Source: the human T2T-CHM13v2.0 reference genome, Homo sapiens. Taken from it: 64,000 bases of DNA. The DNA lies in the NCBI RefSeq assembly GCF_009914755.1, contig NC_060933.1. One strand, given 5' to 3'. How positions within the stretch are numbered: the first letter of the stretch is position 1; each line of letters opens with the position of its first letter. The position numbers were made by a program, and so were the translations under genes. Shown one piece after another: positions 33,398 to 46,429 of the stretch. The notes beneath the pieces are model-generated. The model worked only from the letters and a program-made list of their open reading frames with translations, did no database searches and was not told where the DNA came from.

Positions 33398-33402
33398 TTT
33401 AT

Positions 33403-33767
33403 TAGATGTACAGGAAATAGAATTCACTGGTGGGCATGCGTAAAGAGGGGGCAGCTCTTTTCTAATGCAGGGCTAGCTGCTTGTCCAGGGGCCCGTGATT
33501 CCAGGGCTATATTTGGCCCCACAGCCATCCAGGATGAGTTGTTTCTCAGCCACCAAGTCTTAAAATGTATATGCATTAAACTTGGTAAAATCGCACTTCT
33601 TTGAGATGTGGCTTTTTGGGCATTCACTGAACTTGAATTTGGCCCTAAATAAGGCCTCAGTCACATGCTCCAGGGTTTGCAGCTTGGTATGGATGAACAT
33701 GGCCAATGTGAACTCTGACCTCTGGGTCCTGAGGCTTTCCAAAGGCATACTACATCCGGTCTTAAAC
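33403..33767 (-). pseudogene. RPL10: RPL10 processed pseudogene fragment (last coding exons and 3' UTR)
   Basis: The minus strand translates AFGKPQ..VRVHIG, then [57 protein letters not shown]10 reads [77 protein letters not shown]. A frameshift, a stop and an RPL10-like 3' UTR are present. Confidence 0.93.
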
Positions 33768-33816
33768 CTAGACTAGGGAAAGCACTAGATCCAAGACATA
33801 AATGTCCAATGGCAAA
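33768..33816 (-). other. Retained 3' end of the RPL10 host intron, with its 3' splice site
   Basis: The minus strand reads tttgccattggacatttatgtcttggatctagtgctttccctagtctAG|Gtttaagacc, a pyrimidine tract and AG ending exactly where the exon homology begins. Confidence 0.75.
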
Positions 33817-33914
33817 GGCTGTTGTACGCAAGGAACAGGCTGCTGCACACTACCTAGGATGCTGCTGTTTGCAGCCCTTCCACACCAGGCCCCATGTGGC
33901 TTAATTGATTGTAG
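33817..33914 (-). ncRNA. SNORA70: SNORA70 (U70) box H/ACA snoRNA retrocopy, degenerate
   Basis: The minus strand reads caattaagcc...catgggg...gtgtg...ggctgcaaACAGCAgcatcctaggtagtgt...gcagcctgtt...ACAgcc, matching SNORA70. The H box is at 33863-33868 and the ACA box lies 3 nt from the end. The copy is about 98 nt, shorter than the ~135-nt parent. Confidence 0.88.
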
Positions 33915-34185
33915 AAATTATTTTATATATTAAGTTTTTGGGGATTCCTATCTTTTATTCAAGATAGCTAAATGTAATTTATATTAGACCATATACAGTA
34001 AGTTGTAAATTATAGAAGTTGTGCTTATCAAAATCATATTCAGTGGGCAATATGGCCTTTAATATAATGAAGTTTACTGATAAAAATTAAAATAAAATAA
34101 TGTGGTTTTGTAGTGCTCTTGTATGTCAACTAAAACAAATTAACAAAACCTATTGAAACCCATAATCATTTAGACTATCTACTTA

Positions 34186-34477
34186 CACTTTGGGAGGCCA
34201 AGGTGGGCAGATCACCTGAGGTCAGGAGTTCAAGACGAGCCTGGCCAACATAGTGACATCCCATCTTTACTAAAAACACAAAAATTAAACAGGCGTGGTG
34301 GTGCATGCCTGTAATTTCAGCTACTCAGGAGGCTGAGGCAGGGAGAACTGCTTGAACTTGGGAAGGGGAGGTTACAGTGAGCCAAGACTGGGCCACTGAA
34401 CTCCAACCTGGGCGACAGAGGGAGACTCCATCTCAAAAACAAACAAACAAACAAACAAACAAAAACACAACAAAAAA
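34186..34477 (+). mobile_element. AluS, 5'-truncated, with a (CAAA)n tail
   Basis: Starts at cactttgggagg; 12-bp TSD actatctactta (34174-34185 and 34478-34489). Confidence 0.9.
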
Positions 34478-36575
34478 ACTATCTACTTAAATACCATTCT
34501 ATTAAAATAAATATTTTTCTGTGATCTTAGGTTTGTTTTGTCTCAATAATATAAATAGTGTATTGGCTGTCTCAAAGTGTTAAATGGAAGCATATTTTAT
34601 GGGATTGCTGAAATATCTACCAACTTTTCTTACTGTAAGTTATGCAATGGTGCATTGATTAATGCATTGGAACTTGTTAAGCAGTTTGCATGTCTGAAAA
34701 ACCAAGGTTCAGAGGTATGTAGGTTAAATCCGGCAATCAAATATCAGAGAGATATTTCAGAATATTATTTTTGTGTACCAGAAAACACTTTTCAAAAAAA
34801 AAAAAAGTAAGGGCATTAGGAAGGCATTGTAAGGTTAATCTTTTCCAGCAAAGCTATTACATTGATTTTTCTGGAGTTCTTTAGTTATAAAAAGTAGAAT
34901 GTAGTTATAGGATCTAGTCAGCATTAAATTGATTGAAAAAATGAAAAACACTGTTTCATTTTTAAATAGATTAACAATTAAGCAAGTTGTTTATGTTGTC
35001 CCACTGATATACTAGAATATGCTACATTCTTTTGGGCATCTTTCAGACCATAGGGCTAAAATGTTGAGAATGACAGAGAGACAATTAGGAGCTCAGCACA
35101 AAGCAAAATGTTATGAATCAGGAAAATAAATAGAACAGAGATCAAAATTAGATAGATGCAGAATTGGAATGATACTGAAAACAAGAGATGGAACTGCAGA
35201 AAATACTATGGCAGATCATTCATTCCTTTGAATGGTGAAAGTAGTTAATACAATGGCTAACAATTGAAATGGAAAACCAGACCCAGATGAAAAAATGCAA
35301 ACCAGTAAACTTACCTAGTCCTATTATTTTACTCAATTGTAGGAAATACATGAAAAAAAAGTTGTTCATTATGAATCCTTTTTTCTAACATAGGAAGAAG
35401 TCACCACTAAACCTTTCTCATTTTTTTACTCAAATGTTTGTGTTTTCTCATAGAACTTATAATTTTAATTTATTTTTCAATATATGTTTCCCATACAGTC
35501 TAGTTGGATTCATAGTTGCAATGTTTCATGTGGTATATTTGCTCCCTATGGAACAGAACATAACATTAATCTTTAGATGTGTCACTAGAGAGATTTGTAT
35601 ATATCCACATAAATCTACAGTTGCAACTAGAAAAATTATCCTGTGAAAATTTTGTGATATGAATGTCTTTCAACTTTTTAAAAAGTAAAGAGAAAATGAT
35701 GAACAAACATGAGTTGGAAATCAGAATGAACAAATCATGAAAATATAGTGTACCCCTTCAAAAATTTTGAAAATTAAGAGAAATCGGTAGAACAGCTATA
35801 TTATCATTTACAAAAATGTTTCTCTACCTATAGAACAAACAATTACTTTGTCCTCTAATTTCCAAATAACTTACAGAACATTTATTTCCTACTGTCACTG
35901 GAATGGCAGGCTGGCAGGCTGAGTTGGTAGCCCAATTGGTTCCTCACATCAAAAGATTCCCTTTATTATTTCCTTATTTTCTCTTTAATTCTGGCACTCC
36001 TTCATGATTGAACTTACAGATGTTCTTTTGTCTACTAATTTTCGAGTAAGCCTGTGCTCTCTATAACTTTCAGTCTCAATTTCCTCCTACCATCAGCCTT
36101 TTGTCTAAACATTCTTATTCTGGTTTGTTTCCCTGAACTCTTGACATCAATCTCTGTTCCTTCAATATTCTGTTTCTTCTACTGGAAGCATTCTTTCCCA
36201 GATTTCACCCACTTTACTCTTCTCAATCTCTGTGTCTGAGTTAAATGCTTCCTTAGGTTTCTATGTAGGATTGTCTGTCCATCTGTAATTTTTCTATATC
36301 TCTCATGTTAACATACTTATATCCTTTACTGAAAAATGTCTCCTTTAAAAAAAAATCAATGTGTTTGTTTACTTTCTTAAAATGCCGTCTTAAACTGCAA
36401 GGTCAAAGAAGGTAAGTATGATATTTGGATATAAATATCTACCACTTAATACAGAAACTATTCTAGCACTTGTATAGGCAGTATAAGACATAATTTTAGA
36501 ACTCTAAAATAAAAACTCATAAACTGAAGTTAAATATCCATTTCCCACTGCTATCTCCTTTTCCTTTTAACACAT

Positions 36576-38983
36576 TGATATCATTTGGATCTGTGTCCCC
36601 ACCCAAATCTCATGTCAAACTGTAAGTCCCACTGTTGGAGGTGGGGCCTGTTGGGAGGCAATTGGATCATCGGGCGGTTTCTCTTAAATGGTCTAGCACC
36701 ATCTCCTTGGTGCTGTTCTTGTGACAGTGAGTGAGTTATTGTGAGTCTGGTTGTTAAAAGTGTATAGCACCTCCCCACCTCTCACTCTTCTTCCTGCTTC
36801 CAGCCATGTGAAGTGCTGGCTCCCCCTTCACCTTCTGCCATGATTGTTAGCTTACTGAGGCCCCCGCAGAAGCCCAGCAGATGCATCATGCTTTCTGTAT
36901 AACGTGCAGAACCATGAGCCAATTAAACTGCTTTTCTTTATAAATTACCCAGTCTCAGGTATTTCTTTAGAGCAATGTAAGAAAGGACTAATATAGAAAA
37001 TTGGTAGAGGAATATGATATTGTTGTAAACATACCGCAAAATGTGAAAGTGGCTTTGAAACTGGATAGTGGGCAGAGATTGGAAGGGTTTGGAGAGATCA
37101 GAAGAAGACAGGAAGATGAGGGCAAGTTTTGAACTTACTAGAGTCTTGTTACATTGTTGTGACCAAGCTACTGATAGAGACTCACAATGAAGTCCAGGCT
37201 GAGGAGGTCTCAGATGGAGATAAGGAACTTAATGGGAACTGGAGCAAAGGTCACTTTAGTTAGGCATTAGCAAAAAGGTTGGCTGCACTGTGGGCCTGCC
37301 CTAGGGATCTGTGGAATTTTGAACTTGAGAGTATCTCAAGTTCTGGTGGGTATCTGGTGGAAAAAATTTCTAAGCAGCAAAGCATTCAGGAGGTAAGCTC
37401 ACTACTTCTGACAAACTATTTTGATGTGTGTGAGCAAAGAAATGACCTCAAACTGAAACTTATATTTAGAAGGGAAGCAGAGTGTAGAAACTTGAAAAAT
37501 TTGCAGCCTGGCCATGTGGTAGAACAAAAAGCCCATTTTCAGGAGAGAAATTCAAGCAAGCTGCAGAAACTTGCTTAACTAAAAGGAAGGCACATGCTGA
37601 TAGCCAAGAAAATGAGGGATACTCTCCAGGGCATTTCAGAGACCTTTGTGGCAGCTCCTCCCATCACAGGCTCAGAGGACAACGAAGGAAGAATGGGACA
37701 CTACTACATGCATCTCATCTGTTGCAGCTCTAGCCATGGCTCCAAGTGGCCCAGGTACAGCTCAGGATGCTGCTCCAGAGGGTTCAAGCCATAAGTCTTG
37801 ATGGCTTCCATGTGGCATTAAGCCTGAGGGTGCACAGAGTACAAGAGTTGAGGCTAGATTTCAGAGAATGTATGAACAAACCTAGATGTACAGTCAGAAA
37901 TCTGCTGCAGGGTCAGAGCCCTGATGGAGAATCTCTACGAGGGCACTGAAGAGGGGAAAGGTGGGGTTGGAGCCACCACACAGTGTCCCTACTGGACCAC
38001 TATCTAGGGGAACTATGAGAAGAGGGACACTATCTTCCAGACCCCAGAATGGTAGATCCACCAGCACTTGTACCGTGTGCCTGGAAATGGTGCAAGCACT
38101 CAACACCAGCCCTTGAGAGCAGCTGTAGGAGCTGAACCCTGCAAAGTCACAGGAGTGGAGCAGCACAAGGCTTTGGGAGCTCACCCCTTGCAGTGGTATG
38201 CCCTGGATGGCGTCAAAGGAGATTGTTAAGCTTTAAGACTTAATAACTTTCCTACTGGGTTTCAGACTTGCATGGGGCCCGTAGCCCCTTACTTTTGGCC
38301 AATTTCTCCCTTTTGAAATGGGAGTATTTACCCAATCCCTGTACCCCCATTATACATTATATCTTGGGAGTTTTTGTTTTTTTTTTAATTTTACAGGGTC
38401 TTAGGCAGAAGGGGCTTGCCTCATCTCAGATAAGACTTTAGACTTTGGATGTTTGAGTTAATGCTGAAGTGAGTTAAGACTTTGAGGGACTGATGGGAAG
38501 GCATGATTATATTTTGCAAACTGAGAAAGACAAAATTTGGGAGGGACTAGGGCAAAATAATATGGTTTGGATCTATGTCCCCAACCAAATCTCATGTCAA
38601 ATTGTAATACCCAGTGTTGGAGGTGGGGCCTGATGGGAGGTTATTGGATTGTGGAGTGGTTTCTTTTTAATGGTTTAATACCATTTCCTTGGTGCTATTC
38701 TTATGATAGTGAGTGAGTGAGTTATTATGAAATCTGGTTGTTAAAAGGGTGTAGCACCTCCTCACCTCTCACTTTTCTTCCTGCTCCCAGCTATATGAAG
38801 CACCGGCTCCCTCTTCATTTTCCCACCATGGTTATACATTTCATGAGGCCTCCCCACATGCCCAGCAGATGCAACATTCTTTCTGTACAGCATGCAGAAC
38901 TGTGAGTCAGTTAAACCTCTTTTCTTTATAAATTACCCAATCTCAGGTATTTCTTTATAGCAATGCAATAATGGACTAATACA
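36576..38983 (+). mobile_element. Full-length MSTA MaLR (LTR 36576-36995, internal region, LTR 38558-38983)
   Basis: Two similar LTRs (ttggatct-tgtcccc...ccaaatctcatgtcaaa) around MST-int sequence; 5-bp TSD cacat/cacct. Confidence 0.9.
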
Positions 38984-39210
38984 CACCTAATAATATTATT
39001 TCCTTGAATCACGCAATCAATTAACAAAATCCTCTGTGTGAAATGGCTGGCTTCCTTTTATTGGTGGTTAACTGCTAATTAAACAATATTTTTGGCATTT
39101 CAATTTTGTTGTTATTATTGTTCAAAGCTTGTACAAAGCCTCCATCAAGTAGTCCAGTTCTCCAGCTTCTGTCACTCCTGGACAACATTTGTATTTAAAA
39201 ATACCTTTCA

Positions 39211-39511
39211 GCCAGGTGACACACACCTGTTGTCCCAGCTACTCAGGATGCTGAGGCGGGAGGAACACTTGAGCCCAGGAGTTCTGGGTTGTATGCACTA
39301 TGTTGAGGAAGTGTCTGCACTAAGTTTGGCATCAATATGTTAGCTTCCAGGGAGCAGAGGACCACCAGGTTGCCTAAGGAGTGGTCAACTCAAAAATTGA
39401 GCAGAATAAAACTCCTCTGCTTATCAGTAGTGGGATGACCCCTTTGAATAGTCACTGCACTACAACCTGGGCAACATAGTGAGACCCTATTTCTTAACAA
39501 AAAAAAGAAAG
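39211..39511 (+). pseudogene. RN7SL: 7SL (SRP) RNA processed pseudogene
   Basis: Alu-domain ends enclose the S domain (gtgtctgcactaagtttggcatcaatatg...accaccaggttgcctaaggag...atcagtagtgggat). An A-tail and a TSD aaatacctttca/aaataccttcca are present. Confidence 0.92.
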
Positions 39512-42500
39512 AAATACCTTCCATATTTCTGCAAGTATGTGAGTTATCTTTGATGTAGTGTTACCTTTTTGCAGTGAATGAAGTGTAATAACCTCTTGCT
39601 CATTTTGTTTACAAAAATAAATAAATAAATAAAAGCAGGGACATTCTAAGTGGAATCAAGTTCCAAGTAATACAGACTTAATACTATTTATAGAATAATT
39701 CAATTTTATGATATATTTCATGTGTTGCTATCCTCAGTTATATTTACTCATGTATAGTTACACTTGTCAATGTCCTAGCTATAATCACCTATTTTTAGAT
39801 TTTAATAAATGTAATTAAATTAATAGCATTTCTATTTTTATAACAAGTTCTAAAATTAAGCCACAGTAGAAAATTCATGATAAGATTAAGTTTGATTTTT
39901 ATTTCACTTTTATATGTATGAATCTTAAGAATTTGGTATTTCCTATCTAATATTTGTCTTTCTGTTCTTGGAAACTAATTTCAAATTATTTACAAGTTTC
40001 AGAAGTATGCAGCCAGTGAAGAATCCAATATCATTTTGTTCAATATACCTATAATTTGAACTTAAATAAGTATACTTCCACAAATGTCACCGAAGCAAGT
40101 ATTTCAAGTATTTATTTCCAGGTATAATTTCAATTATGGGGTATTCAGATATCTTGTTATATCAACAACTAAACATAATATATTAAATTATTTGAGATAT
40201 AAAAAGTATATCTTGAAAACAGTGCAGTTGTAAATCTTTAAGGTAGGAAAGCAGCTCAGCAAATGTTTTCCTCCACTGTCCATGAGGCAAATGTCTAATG
40301 ACTGTACACACACACTCACACTCACACACATACATACACATTCTGTCTCAAATATAGATATATATTCACACTCTGATTCAATGAATTCAACCTCATGACT
40401 AAGGATTTGAATAGATAGTGTTTTTTAACCTTCATCCTTTCCTCTACTGCAATTTATAATTGAATTAGCTTACTTATTTCCTAGTAAAAACATTCCAGCA
40501 TTGTGATACTATGATAAGGTTAAGATGTGAAAGTGTTTTTTACCATTTATTATAGAAAAACTATCTTATTTTCAGATTTCTAAGAACCTTTTCAAATCCA
40601 CCAAGGAAAAGTGTCTATGCCTTATAGATTGAAAAGCTCATCTTTACCAGTTAATTTACATTTTACTTTTTCCTAAAATATAAGGCTCTCCATATCTGTA
40701 GGTACACAGTTTGACTTAATTATCCTATGTTATATATTGTACATAATTATATGAGAGATAATGGCAATTTAAACAAATAAAATGATGGCTATTTCTTTTT
40801 ATTAACTTCATCATATTTCACTGAGGTTTTCCTTACTTTAGGCTTCCTCGATGGCTGCAATGTATGCTAAAAGTAAATTTTTATGTGAAATGTTTAAAAT
40901 ATTTGAAAATGATGCTTATTGTTTGTCAGGTTTTGCCACTGTTAGCATGACTCAGTACCCATAGAGTCTGTCTCTTAGGGATGTGAAGCAAATGATTTCT
41001 CTGATCCAAAACATTTCATATGCCTTAAAAGTCAAACAATGCAAAGATGTGATATTTAGAATACTAGTTACATAATAATGGATAATGACTTAGCTTTTAA
41101 AACAACTGCTTTAAACATGACACATTTAAAGCTAATTTGTAACTTTCATATGTTTCTGAAACTTTTATAGTCACTAAATAATTTGAGTAAAGCAAATGGG
41201 TTTCAGACCGATTACAATTTGGAAAGATTGATTATAAATTTTTAATAATATGTAACAAAGAAAAATGTGGTCACTTGATTATATACCTCTTCCCCAAGAT
41301 CAAGTAAATACTTTATCAATAGAAAAAAGAAAGAAAAGCAAAAAGAAAAGAAAAAGAAAGCAACACTGCTATACAGAACATTTTTTTTTCTAAATGGAAT
41401 CCAACAGCAAAAAAAAAGATAATTGAAGATACTATTAAAAGATACAATTTAATATTAATATTGACCACATTTATAAATTCACATAATTTTATAAAACATA
41501 TGCACTTCTGAGTATAAAACACACATAATACAAAAAAGATTATTACATTTTAAATTGTTAAAATTTCCTCAATAGTTTTTCCACACCTGATGATTACTCT
41601 CAATCTCAACAAGATAATTATAAATGATGTTTATTATTCAAAATAGATTATTTTGTGTGTGTGTTTTATTCAATTAGGTGGTAAATTATAAGATTTTGCC
41701 AGGTGATTCAGAGAAGTAGCCTGGAAAAGTTTATATAGATGGTACTAAATGAAAGATAGAAAATTAAAAATTTATAGTTAAATTTATTAGAAACTTAAAA
41801 TTCTTTAAAAAATTATAGTTAGGTAAATAAATCAACTAAATTTTTCCTTTTTCCTTCATATTGCAGAGTGTATTATTCCAGCCGGTTTACCATGCAGGCT
41901 TCCCAATTTGATACTAATTTTAACCTGACTTTTATATATCAATATTAAAGAGACGAAAAATAAATGTGATTTTCTCCAGCTCTATATCCCTCCAAGGAGA
42001 GCTTTGGAACTGAAATCCTAATCAGGGGATACATTTTTAATATTTTTGTCTCAAATGAATTTGGAGTCCTCCATAGTATTTCCAAAGTTGCAGAGCAGAA
42101 AAGAGGTTACCAATAAAATTGGGTAGTTCTCATCCCAATTACAGAATTAGGCCAAGTTATCAGATATGCAACAAATATCCACTCAGAAAGATTGAATATT
42201 TAAATATTTTAATTTATGAAGTATTAGCCTATTGCTCAGTTAAAGTATTTTGGAAATTTTTCTTTAAAAAAATGTATCAAACTTGTGGTTAGATGACATT
42301 ACTGACTCATTTTGCATCTGATCAAAACAAATAATGCATAAAACAAAGCAATGTAAGTTATAAAGCATTTTAAAATTGAAATAAGAGACCTTTATTTCTG
42401 TTGCATATCAAATGGGATTTATTGACTTCCTTTTCTCAAAAATGTCATATAGAAAACATTTCTACCCTCTAAAAATTACTAATAACATTAGCATCAATGA

Positions 42501-43489
42501 CTTACAAGTAGACACAAGTAAGATGAAACACAGATTAACTCATACCATCAAATTCATATGGCCAAGTATAATCCCATTATATAACTATTTTCTATCACTA
42601 AGCATAGTCCAGCTATAAGTGTAAAAGGATGACGAAAAATGTTGCTAAAACATTAAGTGAAAATATACTGAAAAGAATCCCCAAAGACAAGAAATACAAG
42701 AACACACCAATTTGCCATCACACTTTATGTTCAGCCCTTTAGTGAAAAAAAAAAGTTTTCTAATTAATATTTCATTTACATTGGGGACAAGTACATAATG
42801 TAGTCATCAATTTGCTTAGATTCTGAAATACCATTCATTTATGTACATATTTTCTCTATTCAAATGTACTATTCACATCACTTGTCAATTTGCATATATT
42901 AAATCATCATGCAAAATTTACCATATTTTGAGTATTTTATTAATAATCACCCTTTTCTACAATTTTTATATGCACTTAAATTTTAAACAGCCAAACATTC
43001 AAAGGCTTAAAAATCAACACTTGAATTTTAAAATACTATTTGTATGAAATGAAATATTTAATTACAAATGTTAACTATATGTTATTGCTGTAACTATTGG
43101 GATAGACAGTGGGCAGTTAGTATAAGCTACTTTGTTAATAAATAAAATTTTAAAAATAATCAATGGAATGTTCATTTCAAACTACTTTGTTATTTCATTT
43201 CATTTAAATTTAGCATAAACTTTACTTCGGCAGCCAATTCCTTAGTTGTTCTTCTCCATTAACTCATGACTACTTTAGCTCTTGATGCTAAGCATGATGA
43301 TGTTTGGTTTCAGAAGTTGCCACATTAACAATAGGATCCTTGAAGCTACAATCATGCTAAGCAATTTTGACAATTTTATATTTTATAGGGCCTAGTTCTA
43401 ACATTCTATTATTATTTAATTTTATAAATATTTTTAAAAATCTTGTTACTAAATTAAAAATAGACCTCTGGAAAATAAATTGAAAGGTT

Positions 43490-43792
43490 TTTTTGTTTTT
43501 TGTTTTTTGAGACAGAGTCTCACTCACTCTATCACTCAGGCTAGAGTGCAGCAGCCTGATCTTGGCTCACTGCAACCTCTGCTTCCTGGGTTCAAGCGAT
43601 TCTGCTGCCTCAGTCTCCCAAGTACCTGAGAATACAGGTGCCCACAACCATGCCCAGATAATTTTTGTACTTTTAGTAGAGATGGGGTTTTGCCATGTTG
43701 GCCAGGCTGGTCTCAACTCCTGACCTACATGATCCACTCGTCTGGGCCTCCCAAAGTTCTGGGATTACAGGCATGAGCCACTATTCCCTGCC
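43490..43792 (-). mobile_element. AluS
   Basis: Full dimer read antisense; degenerate TSD aaattgaaaggtttt/aaattaaaagttttt. Confidence 0.9.
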
Positions 43793-44009
43793 AAATTAAA
43801 AGTTTTTATATGAAAAAGATATACACAAAGCAAAGATACTTTTACAGTATGAAAGTGAATTATAATTGAGAAAAATATCTGCAGGCCATAATAGAATAGT
43901 TCTATTTCAATAGTTCGCAAACAATTTGTTAGTTCTGCTAAATAAAAAAATTTCCAACACTTGTTAAAATGGTTAAGGATCACTTTATTTAAGATTAAAA
44001 TGATAGGTG

Positions 44010-44360
44010 TCAAGATGATTCTAACAGGCAAGAGAGATAAGGTTCAACTCTGAACACAGCAAAGATATCTGGGAAGTGCAGCTAATGAGCAGAGTGAAAG
44101 GTTGTCAATGAATACAAATTACTAAGAGGAGACATCAAGGGTAGGGGATTTCTTGTTAGCTAACGTAAGAGGATTCTTGCTGAAGGCAAGCCAGAGTGAT
44201 CAGATATCAAGAGTGGGAGATTCTCTCTAAACTGACTTAGCAGCATTCTTGCAACAGCTGGACTAGGCAGTGTAAAGACAGGGCCCAAGGACAAAGTAGA
44301 GTCAAAAAGAGTGTTCCTAGAAGCCTGACTAAAGCGTAGACAAGAAGAAAGTCTTCATCA
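44010..44360 (-). mobile_element. MER31-like (ERV1) LTR, partial
   Basis: gtgatcagatatcaaga...taaactgacttagcag-attcttgc...gcctgactaaag...agtcttcatca. Confidence 0.75.
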
Positions 44361-46429
44361 GTTCAAAAGTCACTTTCTATACTTATGATTTGGCCATGAG
44401 CATTCCTATCTTTACTTAGTTTGGAGGAGTGGACTCAGCAGCATGTATGTTATGGGAAAAAAAGAGATTTGGAAAAATTACTTACATAAGTTTGAAAGGC
44501 AAGATGAATCTGGCCATATGGTAAAATCCAACAGAACTCTTCTGGTTATGAGTAATTTGTAAAATAATTCATACATTGCCCATTATATGCATTAGATATA
44601 TGTAAATTTTACCATGCTTATTCTTCAGAACACAAAAAGTGAAATACAAAGGCAAACATGGTAAAGCAATTTATTTTAGTTTTTGTGAGTTGTTCTTCTA
44701 GAGTATGTTATATGACTCTATGCCCTCAGTTTGAAACTCTCATTGAACCATATCTAAATTAACTAATAAAATGAACTTTGAATTATATATGCCACTGTGT
44801 GCAAATTAACATTCATTGACTGTATGTGTATGTAAATATTGGCCAGTAAACAGAGCCATTTACATCTTCATAAAGAGAATAACACTTCCAACTAAAATTC
44901 CTTCTAAAATTGGACTCATATCAATTGGAAGTATTTCAAACAATTACTAAACTGATTTACTTGAACAAATATAGAAAATATTATCTAAGCTATGTGTACC
45001 TATTTTTTTATATTCCTAGAAATTAGGGGGAACTTTTATTTCCTTTGAGTGAATATGAGTTTCTAACTTAACAAAATATATAATAGTGAGTCAGTAAAAT
45101 GAATACTTTTACCAAGGATGGAAAGTGTTCTGAATTATCTAAAAGACATTTTCATTGCAGTTAACATTTGCCTGTGTAGATCAGATTAATATTAAAATCT
45201 ATTTTTTTCTTTTAACAAAATTTAGCAAATGAGGAATTTTCTATTGGTTCATTTCTTCTGACATTTCTTCTATGTTGACCCTTCTCCCATTTCATGTTGC
45301 AAGATGTGAGATCTTACTTCATTTATCACATTCATATTCAAGGCAAACTAAATAGAATCGGGATGATAGGCTTGTACATTTATGCTTTTTTACAGAAATC
45401 TTTAGAGAAGTGTTCAGCTATACTGTATCTCACCTATAAAAGGTGGTTCACATTTCCAAATGGATAAAGGCTAGAAAAATCAAGAAAAAGAGCTGTCATG
45501 AGTATACGACAGCAAACATAATTTGGGGCTTAGACTCATGACCAAATTGAAGTTCTGTAAGTAAGAAATTAAGAGAAAATTAATATTGGGCAGGCAAAAT
45601 CCATGTTGGTATATCCTTATGCATATAACTAGAAATATATTGCTAATTTTAATAAACTTACTTTCAAAAATGTATTCTGTGTTATTATACTTTAACATGT
45701 GTTCATTAACTGTGTGTGTTCCTAAACCTTGTCATATTTGGATATGATTTTTAGCAATAAATAGTGGGGCAAGATGGAAAATCTGAAGTTTTACAAAAAC
45801 TAAATATAAGACAAAAACAATATATATTCAACTAAAAAGGAGTTGGCAACAAACTTCTCTGATTCTATATCAAATCCCAAAAAACAATGGAATATGTATC
45901 AGTAATTATTGACTACCATAGGGTAATAATAATAATAAATGGTCATAAAATAAATTAGTTAATGGAAAATGATAGATATTAATTATTGAATGATAAAGCA
46001 CAATGTAAAACAAAATGATAGAAATAATCATACTCACAAACATAACAATCTGTATGTAGAAGTCTAGGTTTTCCAAATTAAAGCTGGTTACTCACAAAAT
46101 CCTTGAAAAGAGTGAGAAGTTGGTGGGGTGATTATATTTTTAAGCTATGAAGTCAGATAGTGTGATGTTTCATCTCAGTACCACTATAAAATAAAGTTTT
46201 AATCCTGTTCATGTCACTCTTAATTTTCACTAGCTTTTTAGGTAAGGAAAATTCATGTCCATCCCTTCCTTGATTCATCTCTTTCAAAAGCAACATTTTA
46301 AATGGTTGATGACTTAACATCACTGCAACTATTTTCTCCTTCATTTAAGAACATAATCAACCATTTATGTGAGCATGTTTATTTTACACCTCAATTTTGG
46401 CTCAAGGAATATAACACATAGCGGTTTCT

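Noticed and set aside
33403-33767. Functional RPL10 retrogene (RPL10L-like)
   Set aside because: The N-terminal half is absent, there is a frameshift and an in-frame TAA at 33560-33562, and the poly(A) signal is mutated.
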